In this document: positions 18,763 through 26,494 of the stretch, piece by piece
Layout: every line of letters starts with the position of its first letter
Numbering within the stretch: position 1 is the first letter of the stretch
Virus record (IMG/VR): IMGVR_UViG_3300010965_000427
Location: 32,001 to 96,000 of that record
Length of the DNA stretch: 64,000 nt
From: a virus
Direction: 5' to 3' (one strand)
Translations under genes and position numbers: made by a program
The notes under the pieces: model-generated
What the model was told of the DNA's origin: nothing
The model's database searches: none
Seen by the model: the letters and a program-made list of their open reading frames with translations, nothing else

Positions 18763-19315
18763 TTTGTTTTACATTATTTATAAAAAACTTTTTAGAATTA
18801 AATCACACATTGAAATAATTGAAGAAGATAATTCAAATTTGATCCGCTTTGGGGATCTTTATCAAGGAGATTGGTTTTATAAAAATAGACATTTTTGCCA
18901 AGTTGTTACCAGAACCAAACAATGTTACAGTGTATTAAATCCCAATTCCGCTTTATTTAGTAGAACTGGTAAAATCTCATTAGACAGTTTCAATTATAAA
19001 GATCTGGTCGTTCCAATTAAGTGCAAATATAGCTTTACAACTAACAATCTTTTATCAACTAATAAATCAGATTTTTCAGAATTTTTAACGGAATTTTATA
19101 TGCCGTCATTATTTGAATGTTTAAATAACAATCAACCATTCTGGCACTGCCGTCTTAAATGTTTCGGAATCGTAGTCCCTTATAAAAGAAACCCAGTTAA
19201 TTACTCAATGCCCAATTCTTTATTAATCTTTTCAGATGATTCTTTGCGCACAGAAACAATGCGCGCTTGTGAAGCTGTTGTTCCTATTAACAAAGTAATA
19301 GTTAAAAAACTTTAA
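18749..19315 (+). CDS. Hypothetical protein with an apparent internal duplication
   Basis: Two halves with similar pattern: FGDLYQGDWF...NPNSAL...DLVVPI and FECLNNNQPF...MPNSLL...EAVVPI. Confidence 0.6.
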   Translation: MRMHNLFYIIYKKLFRIKSHIEIIEEDNSNLIRFGDLYQGDWFYKNRHFCQVVTRTKQCYSVLNPNSALFSRTGKISLDSFNYKDLVVPIKCKYSFTTNNLLSTNKSDFSEFLTEFYMPSLFECLNNNQPFWHCRLKCFGIVVPYKRNPVNYSMPNSLLIFSDDSLRTETMRACEAVVPINKVIVKKL

Positions 19316-19602
19316 TGAAAGATTTTAAACATAAAGTTTTAATGGAAAACCCTGAGCAAACTTTAAAAATAATATTAGAATTGTGTGAAGATAATAATTT
19401 TGGCCAAATGCACTATTATGTTCCATTAAAAACAGTTACATTAGATGGCGTAGAAATTATTGTTGACGAAGACGACCCAAAAGGTCGGTTTTATTTAATA
19501 GAATCGATGAATGAAAATGACACTGGCCATCATTATAATGATACTTTTGAAGTAATTGCTCACATTTTAAGATTGAAAAATAAAATAATTACATATACAT
19601 AA
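19315..19602 (+). CDS. Hypothetical acidic protein
   Basis: 95-aa ORF, translationally coupled (TAATG). Confidence 0.65.
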   Translation: MKDFKHKVLMENPEQTLKIILELCEDNNFGQMHYYVPLKTVTLDGVEIIVDEDDPKGRFYLIESMNENDTGHHYNDTFEVIAHILRLKNKIITYT

Positions 19603-19636
19603 AGCGACATAGCCTTATCATAACGGTAAGAGTGTC
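19592..19636 (+). promoter_or_regulatory. Promoter-like 15-mer plus conserved 31-nt leader hairpin (copy 3)
   Basis: CATATACATAAAGCG running into GACATAGCCTTATCATAACGGTAAGAGTGTC (19606-19636). Confidence 0.6.
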
Positions 19637-19655
19637 TTATTCTAACTGGAAATAA

Positions 19656-19931
19656 ATGATGCTGTTATATGACGATATGATCTACGTCGGCGCCCTGGTC
19701 ATTGCTGGCTCCCCGGAAATTGCCGCATTGGTGGCTCTTCCTGTCGGATATTTTCGCGAATTCAACATTAATGAAAAAGAGAGCAAGATGAGGGCCGAAT
19801 ACTACTTCCAAGGAGCAATGGATCAAGGAATGATCCATAACCCAGTTCTCAGGCTATTTGAATCGTGGGATTTTATTCCTGAAGATTGGCATTTCTCAGA
19901 CTTGTCAAACAAAACCACCATTCTCATCTAA
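19656..19931 (+). CDS. Hypothetical protein, paralog of the C-terminal domain of 17119..17682
   Basis: Visible alignment over about 85 aa. Confidence 0.7.
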   Translation: MMLLYDDMIYVGALVIAGSPEIAALVALPVGYFREFNINEKESKMRAEYYFQGAMDQGMIHNPVLRLFESWDFIPEDWHFSDLSNKTTILI

Positions 19932-19980
19932 CCGCCATTCTCATCTAACAAAAAATCATAATAAAAAAATCAATCGATAA

Positions 19981-20012
19981 GCTAGCGGTTTTGCCGCTAG
20001 CAGTTTTTTTTT
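19981..20012 (+). terminator. Intrinsic terminator
   Basis: GCTAGCGG/CCGCTAGC stem plus a T-run. Confidence 0.75.
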
Positions 20013-20026
20013 AAAAAGGTTAACCT

Positions 20027-20554
20027 ATGCCTATTAAAAATTTAAATGCTAAACAGAAAAAAATGCTAGATGAACATCAACTGACCATCGCAGGAAACGA
20101 CGATTTTTTGTCCCGTCGCGATCTTCCTCTTACTAAAATACGCCAATTAAATAATCTTAAATTTATTTTCTCAACAACTAACAACTATTATTTTAATAAA
20201 AAAATAAAAATAGCAAAATGGGAATTCTTTTCCCAAAATTTAAGTGAAACGGAAAGATATTTACAATCAATAGGTTATATTACAGTATATAATGAAAACG
20301 AAGTTGATTCAAATATTACTACTATTATGAAGCATAGTTCTAATGTAATTGTGTATTTGTCGTCCGATTATTGGCTAAGAGTTAGAGCTCAGCTATACTT
20401 ATCAAATTTAATAAAAAGAAAACAATTAGATGTAAATGTTTTTGAAGATTCTGAAAAAACAAAATGCATTTGGGAAAACGCGCTAGATCACGCTTGGAGC
20501 AAAAGAGTTAATGAGTCTTTTCTACGTACTCGAAGATTTTTAAAACGCCAGTAA
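20027..20554 (+). CDS. Hypothetical protein, paralog family with 17765 and 18265
   Basis: WEFFSQ...ERYLQSIGY...TIMKHSSNV...RAQ...IWE.A pattern. Confidence 0.6.
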   Translation: MPIKNLNAKQKKMLDEHQLTIAGNDDFLSRRDLPLTKIRQLNNLKFIFSTTNNYYFNKKIKIAKWEFFSQNLSETERYLQSIGYITVYNENEVDSNITTIMKHSSNVIVYLSSDYWLRVRAQLYLSNLIKRKQLDVNVFEDSEKTKCIWENALDHAWSKRVNESFLRTRRFLKRQ

Positions 20555-20564
20555 TTTTATTAAT

Positions 20565-20618
20565 GGTTTACTCCTACGCAGCATTTTGCGTAGGAGTAAA
20601 CCGTTGCTGTATTTTTTT
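20565..20618 (+). terminator. Long-stem terminator
   Basis: 16-bp perfect stem 20565-20580/20587-20602 with a T-run downstream. Confidence 0.7.
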
Positions 20619-20625
20619 ATACTCA

Positions 20626-20640
20626 TATATACTAAATATG
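20626..20640 (+). promoter_or_regulatory. Promoter-like 15-mer TATATACTAAATATG
   Basis: Matches the 8-copy motif; upstream of the RNAP-subunit operon. Confidence 0.55.
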
Positions 20641-20681
20641 TAGTTAATAATATAAGTTTTAAGTCTTGATGGAAAAAATCA

Positions 20682-21878
20682 GTGCCTAAGCAAGTTACTT
20701 ATTTACACGCACTTTCAATTCCCTCCACAATAGATCTTAGAGAAGCTGTCGATAAGGATGTAAATGGAATTATTAAAAGAGTTTCATATATAAACTATTC
20801 GCCCCATTGCATTTATGTTCTTGAACGATCTGGTTTGGTTTTTTCTGTAAAAAATGTACCAAATCGATTTAGCACTCAGTTTATAATTAGATGTGAATAC
20901 ACAATACCGTTTACTATATTTGAAGAACTTGCTCCGTTATTTTCAAAGGAAATAAATAAAGAAACGCATCCAGATCTGTTTTCATTAAAAGAGTTATTTT
21001 TTAAACATTGTGAAAATTCAACAAATAAATATAAAAGCCTCAGATTAGTTGTAGACACCGTTATTGAACATAATGACTTAAAAACAGCTGACATTCTTTA
21101 TATTTATAATCAAGATATAGTTATATCAAATGAACAATTAACAAATAATATTAGCCATCCTTTTAATGGATACGATAAATTAAAAGAACGATACCAAGAA
21201 ATTTCTAAAACAACCGGAACACATTTCTCAATTGAAATAATTGATAACGAAGAATTATTAGGAGAGCGTTATTTTTACGTAGCTGACAGGCTTTTTAAAG
21301 TCATTCCATTTAAAGATAAAACTCGCACATCTGGAATTTATTTTATTATTAGTGATTTTACTAGAGCAGAGCCCAGAATAGATATAAAGCAATATGAAAT
21401 ATCGGAAGCCGAAACTGTTTTAGGTTTGTATAAAACAAAAGAAATTGCCCTGTCATCTGGAGATTTAAAACTAGCTCGTCAAGAAGAAATTGCTCGATTA
21501 ATGCATGAAAGTTCTGTAAATAAAATAGAAATAAACAAACTAGAAAGTAAACATTCGCTTGAATTAGAAAGAATTAAAATAGAAAAAGATAAAGCCGATA
21601 ACATTCGAAAAGCAACCATTCTTGAACTTGAATCAGAAATTGCTCAAAAAGAAATCGAAAATAAATTACTAGAAGCTGCTAATGAAAGGGAAAAAAGAAA
21701 TTACGAAAAGGAAAGCCAATTGTTTAAATTTGCTCATGAGCAAAGACGAACAATAGAAGACGAATACTACAGTCAAAAAATGCATAAAAGAAAAGACCTA
21801 TCGGAATTAATAAAAACAATTGGAGTAATTGCTGTTGGTGTAATTAGCATAGCAGCCATAGTGCTAAAAGCAAAGTAA
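20682..21878 (+). CDS. Conserved jumbo-phage protein with coiled coil and C-terminal hydrophobic anchor (phiKZ gp122-like position)
   Basis: GTG start; charged coiled coil; TIGVIAVGVISIAAIVL tail; upstream of an RNAP subunit. Confidence 0.6.
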   Translation: MPKQVTYLHALSIPSTIDLREAVDKDVNGIIKRVSYINYSPHCIYVLERSGLVFSVKNVPNRFSTQFIIRCEYTIPFTIFEELAPLFSKEINKETHPDLFSLKELFFKHCENSTNKYKSLRLVVDTVIEHNDLKTADILYIYNQDIVISNEQLTNNISHPFNGYDKLKERYQEISKTTGTHFSIEIIDNEELLGERYFYVADRLFKVIPFKDKTRTSGIYFIISDFTRAEPRIDIKQYEISEAETVLGLYKTKEIALSSGDLKLARQEEIARLMHESSVNKIEINKLESKHSLELERIKIEKDKADNIRKATILELESEIAQKEIENKLLEAANEREKRNYEKESQLFKFAHEQRRTIEDEYYSQKMHKRKDLSELIKTIGVIAVGVISIAAIVLKAK

Positions 21879-22013
21879 ATATGGTTATAAAAATATAAAA
21901 GTTATGTAAAAAATAAATAAGGGCATTAATTAATTGGCTCATTCATTGCTTTTTTGTTTATCTTTGTAAACAAAAAATGCATTAGTTTAAATGTTGGCGC
22001 AGGAGAACGATTA

Positions 22014-23636
22014 ATGCACCGATTGTTTAAAAAACTATTAGATAAAGAAGGCCCCGCGTCAAATCCGATTATTGGAAATGGAATATCGGTTGTATATATT
22101 AAGGAAGCCATGCGCTACATAGACAGTGTATTTAGAAGCGCAAGAACCAGTTTGCCTGAAGGTCTGGAATATATAGGTTGTGAAAGGTGCACCCCTCAAG
22201 AAGAATACGATGAAATAACTAGAGCAAAAAATAATAATAAAAGAATTTTTGACTTAGCTAAATCTTATTTATTTGTAGTAAAATACTTCTTTCGTTTTGA
22301 AGGTATAGATTTACCACCTAGGTATTTATATCTTCCGTATGTTTTAGATGGAGGAATAATTTATTTAGGAGGCTCTTGTTATAGGGTCTCGCCAGTAATT
22401 TCTGAAACAATATCGCCGACTTCAAAAACAGTATTTATTCGATTATTGCGAGACAAAATGATTTTTGAAAGAATATTTCATAATTTCATAATTGATAATA
22501 AAAGAGAAACCAATCACGTTGTTTGGTCAAAAATTCATAAAAAAAAAGTAACTACTCAAAGAGTAAGTTCAACAACTAGAGCAAAAACATGCAATGTCCA
22601 TTATTTATTGGGCAAATATGGATTTTCTGAAATGTTTAGAAGGTTTGTTAATTTCATTCCAATCGTTGGAGAAGAAGAAATTAACATAGAAACCTATCCT
22701 CCTTCAAAATGGATAATATGTCGTTCCACAGAAGTAAAACCAATCGGGTATTTATCTCAGTTTTATACTCCATGTAAAATTAGATTAGCAATACCAAAAG
22801 AGCTTTGGTCGGCCGATGTAAAAAATCTTGTTGCTGGGTTTTATTATGTTGCGGATAATTTTCCAAATAGAATTAGAATAGAATATTTAGAAAATACTAG
22901 CCTATGGATGATTTTGCTAGGGCATATTATTTTTAGCGGGGTTTATGGAGAAGGAAAACTTTACGAGCAAATAGCGGAACACTATCGTTCAATAGACGAA
23001 TGCATTGATACAATAGTAGTTACTAAATTTAAAGAAGCTGGTTTTAAAATAGAAAATTTTTACGATCTGTTATTTTTAATATTGCAACAATTTGATGACT
23101 GGACTGTTAATTCAACAGAAAGCAACAAATTAATGTATAATAAAACTTTAGAAGTATTGTACTATGTTCTTTTTAATGTGACGTCTACTATTTTTAATGC
23201 AATTTTTATTCTTAATAAACAATCGCTAAAAAAGAAACTAGTGGCAAAAGAAATAATTCGTGCACTAAATAAACACCTTACAATAGGAGTCATACACGGA
23301 ATTAGAGAAGCAAATTTGGCTGTTTCGAATGTATCGTATTCCGGAGATAATAAATACATAAAAATTGCATCAGCGGCTGTGCCACAGCATAATTTAACTA
23401 CAGCCACACGAGGAAAAAAAACAAGAATAACAATAGATTCAACAAAAAGAATAAATATGTCGCTTGTAATTGGCGGCTCAGTTCTTTATCTTAGCAAATC
23501 AAATCCATCTCCAGCTGTTCATCTCAATCTATTTGCTGAAGTAGATCTAAAAACAGCTAGAATCATTGAACCAGAAAAGTTTAAACAGATTTGCTTAGAT
23601 ACGGATAACCGGCTAAAAGGACTTACTTCAAATTAA
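22014..23636 (+). CDS. Non-virion RNA polymerase beta-like subunit (phiKZ gp123-like)
   Basis: LEYIGCERCTPQEEY, RYLYLPYV..GG...LGG..Y.VSPV, FIRLLRDK and HYLLGKYG blocks; AGGAG RBS before ATG 22014. Confidence 0.8.
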   Translation: MHRLFKKLLDKEGPASNPIIGNGISVVYIKEAMRYIDSVFRSARTSLPEGLEYIGCERCTPQEEYDEITRAKNNNKRIFDLAKSYLFVVKYFFRFEGIDLPPRYLYLPYVLDGGIIYLGGSCYRVSPVISETISPTSKTVFIRLLRDKMIFERIFHNFIIDNKRETNHVVWSKIHKKKVTTQRVSSTTRAKTCNVHYLLGKYGFSEMFRRFVNFIPIVGEEEINIETYPPSKWIICRSTEVKPIGYLSQFYTPCKIRLAIPKELWSADVKNLVAGFYYVADNFPNRIRIEYLENTSLWMILLGHIIFSGVYGEGKLYEQIAEHYRSIDECIDTIVVTKFKEAGFKIENFYDLLFLILQQFDDWTVNSTESNKLMYNKTLEVLYYVLFNVTSTIFNAIFILNKQSLKKKLVAKEIIRALNKHLTIGVIHGIREANLAVSNVSYSGDNKYIKIASAAVPQHNLTTATRGKKTRITIDSTKRINMSLVIGGSVLYLSKSNPSPAVHLNLFAEVDLKTARIIEPEKFKQICLDTDNRLKGLTSN

Positions 23637-23648
23637 AACACAGGAACC

Positions 23649-25910
23649 ATGATGTTACCATATCGCTTGGATATGATTGGAACGCCGTTGGTAGCTTACC
23701 CAGCTACCAGCCCGCCTTGTATGCCACAAGTAGCAATAAACCCGCTAGTGGCTCCGTTTTTGGCTTTTATTTCAGCAACTGTAGCAAACGTAGCCGCTAC
23801 AGAATCTTCAAAAAATCCTATTCGCACATTTTACTACAACGAACTATCGCGCCAAAATTGGAATAATGAATCTTTTTCTGAAGCTGTAGAACTCACAGCT
23901 GGAATTTGTTTTATAAATATTTTTAAGAAAACATTTATTTCTCCAGAAGCATCCATTCCTATTTACGCATCTAATGCACTTGGATATTTAACATCCAAAA
24001 GAATTGCTCTATATCCAGAATTAAAGCAACATTGTTCACCATCAATGCTAACCGATGCTGGAAATGCAATTATTAATCTAAAAAACACAGAAGGAGAAAT
24101 TGCTCAACTAAATTATCAGTTTAATCAATCTGCAAAGAATAATCAAAATGCATATATAAATAATCAGCACGGCTATCTACAGCAGCAAGGCTGGCCCCCA
24201 CAGGGCTATCCACAGCAGCAAGGCTGGCCCCCACAGGGCTATCCACAGCAGCAAGGCTGGTCCCCACAGGGCTATCCACAGCAGCAAGGCTGGTCTCCAC
24301 AGGGCTATCCACAGCAGCAAGGCTGGCCCCCACAGGGCTATCCACAGCAGCAAGGCTGGTCTCCACAGGGCTATCCACAGCAGCAAGGCTGGTCTCCACA
24401 GGGTTATCCACAGCAGCAAGGCTGGTCCCAGCAAGAATCGTACTATCGGCAAAACACAAATTCCGGATCTATGCCGAACCATCCTTCAGAACCAATGGCT
24501 GGCCAAAGATTCCAAACAAATAACGCCTTGCTTTCTCCAGGGCTTACTCCTGGTTTTAATCCAAAAACTGTTCAAAATAATCAACAAAACCCACAAATCA
24601 ATCCTATACAACAAACTTCGTTTTTTAAACCAAATAAACCACAAGACCAAATTTTTAATACAATAGAAACCGCTGTTTCAAATTCGCCAAACATTGCCAC
24701 TTCTACCACAGAAGTATTGGCTATAAACAACTGGTTGCCATCTGAAAAACAATGGTATTTAAGTTCTTACGATGTCAGAACTAAAAACGAAAAATTTATT
24801 AAAATTGGCAATACCGTTATTCAAATAATTACTGATAAAGAGGAACCTGAAGTGGACAGAAGCCAACATACAATTGTTATTGGGAATTATGAATTTACAA
24901 GAAAAAAAATACCTTTGAAAGATGAAGAATCTGAAATTGTTACAAGTTTTGATGCCTCTAAATTTCAACCCAACATAAAAGAAGATGCAATGAACGAATT
25001 TCCAGAAGCAGAAGTAATCTTTGATACTGATGTAACAGAATCATTTTATGCTGAACAAGCAGAATTTGAAGCAATTGTTGAATTTAGAGGCTATCTATCG
25101 GTTGCAAATATAGACGCCTATGTGACACACGTCAATGTTTTAAATCCAGCGGTTACAATAGCCGATTATAGCAAGGTTCTTAAATCCATTTCTTCAAAAT
25201 TAAACTTTGTAGATGCTGCAAAACAAATTAAACAAAACATTATTTCAGCTAAAGATCTTTCTGAAAGAAGACCTGAAAATTTTCAAAACGCTATAGAAAT
25301 AGCAACCTTAATGGAAAAAACTAATATATTTTTAACGGAAGTAATTAATAGTTTCCTGCATAATAATATATCTTTAAGCGCATTAACGATCGATAGTTTT
25401 TGCGAAGACGTAGCAGACCTCGAGTCATATCTGCTAAGCAAATATGGGGCAACATTTATCGAAGCCTACAGACGATTTGAAAGAGAAACGTTTAATAAAT
25501 TATTAATTACAGAAACACCTTATCTAGACCTAAGAAATTTATTGTTTAATAAAAATGAAACTGCTGAATCTGATGCGGCTGTTGATCCAGATGCAGAAGA
25601 ACTTGCCAAAATAGAAAATATTGAACTTGAACGCAATGTCAATACATTTGTAACCTTCTTTCCAATCAAACATTCTTTTGTAATTGTTAACTTATTAAGT
25701 TCAGATTTAGATCGCTGGGTTCAAAGAGAAGCCAGACTAATCGAAGAAAGAGAATGCCCAAAATTGCATTCGGTAGTAAAACAATTTTATGAAAATAAAC
25801 AAAATAGAGAATTAAGCACATCGTACGATACGTTAATAACTTTAGATAATAAGAAATACAAAATCTATTACGGCCATCTCGGAATCAATGCGTATCTCGT
25901 AAGCTGTTAA
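23649..25910 (+). CDS. Conserved jumbo-phage protein with a Q/G/P/Y/W-rich low-complexity insert
   Basis: 753-aa ORF directly after the RNAP subunit; contains an 11-aa tandem repeat. Confidence 0.7.
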   Translation: MMLPYRLDMIGTPLVAYPATSPPCMPQVAINPLVAPFLAFISATVANVAATESSKNPIRTFYYNELSRQNWNNESFSEAVELTAGICFINIFKKTFISPEASIPIYASNALGYLTSKRIALYPELKQHCSPSMLTDAGNAIINLKNTEGEIAQLNYQFNQSAKNNQNAYINNQHGYLQQQGWPPQGYPQQQGWPPQGYPQQQGWSPQGYPQQQGWSPQGYPQQQGWPPQGYPQQQGWSPQGYPQQQGWSPQGYPQQQGWSQQESYYRQNTNSGSMPNHPSEPMAGQRFQTNNALLSPGLTPGFNPKTVQNNQQNPQINPIQQTSFFKPNKPQDQIFNTIETAVSNSPNIATSTTEVLAINNWLPSEKQWYLSSYDVRTKNEKFIKIGNTVIQIITDKEEPEVDRSQHTIVIGNYEFTRKKIPLKDEESEIVTSFDASKFQPNIKEDAMNEFPEAEVIFDTDVTESFYAEQAEFEAIVEFRGYLSVANIDAYVTHVNVLNPAVTIADYSKVLKSISSKLNFVDAAKQIKQNIISAKDLSERRPENFQNAIEIATLMEKTNIFLTEVINSFLHNNISLSALTIDSFCEDVADLESYLLSKYGATFIEAYRRFERETFNKLLITETPYLDLRNLLFNKNETAESDAAVDPDAEELAKIENIELERNVNTFVTFFPIKHSFVIVNLLSSDLDRWVQREARLIEERECPKLHSVVKQFYENKQNRELSTSYDTLITLDNKKYKIYYGHLGINAYLVSC
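24180..24428 (+). repeat. 33-nt coding tandem repeat, 7 full copies plus 1 partial
   Basis: Unit CAGCAGCAAGGCTGG(C/T)C(C/T)CCACAGGGCTATCCA encodes QQQGW(P/S)PQGYP. Confidence 0.97.
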
Positions 25911-25927
25911 AGAAGCAGCCAGTGGCT

Positions 25928-25957
25928 TTAAAGAGACTGGATATCCAGTCTCTTTAA
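25928..25957. repeat. Perfect 30-bp palindrome with no spacer
   Basis: TTAAAGAGACTGGATATCCAGTCTCTTTAA. Confidence 0.9.
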
Positions 25958-25985
25958 TTAAAAACCCCCAGGAGAATTTCAAAAA

Positions 25986-26402
25986 ATGATTGAAAATGTT
26001 GAAAATGAAAAACCAGTATCGAAAAGCGTGCCGTTAACTCCTCTTGAATTATTTGACCGATTTTTTGACATCGAACTTTGTTCAGCTACTCAATTTCCAT
26101 ATGAAGTTATTAAATTAATTTGCTCAGGAGTAAAAAATGAAAAAATTCATTTTGTAAATAACTTAAAAACTGGGCAATATTGTTTCTTAAATGAAGACGA
26201 AAATCCTTGTCTATTTATTAAAGATTCAGTTCAAAGAGGTCTGTTTATTAGAATTCCGTCGTCCGACGATTCTCCAGATAAAATTTTAATGTACTATTAT
26301 TCTCCAAATAAAGTAATATCGGTATATCCCACAATAAAAGCTATGGCAGAAATTTTGGGCGCGCTCTGTCTATGTGAACAAGAAGTTATGATTAAAGAAT
26401 AA
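25986..26402 (+). CDS. Hypothetical protein
   Basis: 138-aa ORF with an AGGAG RBS. Confidence 0.7.
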   Translation: MIENVENEKPVSKSVPLTPLELFDRFFDIELCSATQFPYEVIKLICSGVKNEKIHFVNNLKTGQYCFLNEDENPCLFIKDSVQRGLFIRIPSSDDSPDKILMYYYSPNKVISVYPTIKAMAEILGALCLCEQEVMIKE

Positions 26403-26429
26403 ATCTATTTTTTGCTAATCGAAATACGC

Positions 26430-26479
26430 ACATTAGACGACTACCTAACCAGTAGTCGTCTAATGTAACTTTTTTTTTT
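26430..26479. terminator. Bidirectional terminator between convergent genes
   Basis: 15-bp perfect stem 26430-26444/26452-26466 with a T-run. Confidence 0.75.
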
Positions 26480-26494
26480 AAAATAATTTACTAT

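Noticed and set aside
24180-24428. 33-nt repeats as a CRISPR array
   Set aside because: The units are contiguous with no unique spacers, are in frame within a long ORF, and no cas genes are visible.
24121-24482. Antisense repeat ORFs ([10 protein letters not shown] / [10 protein letters not shown])
   Set aside because: By-products of a stop-free 33-nt repeat.
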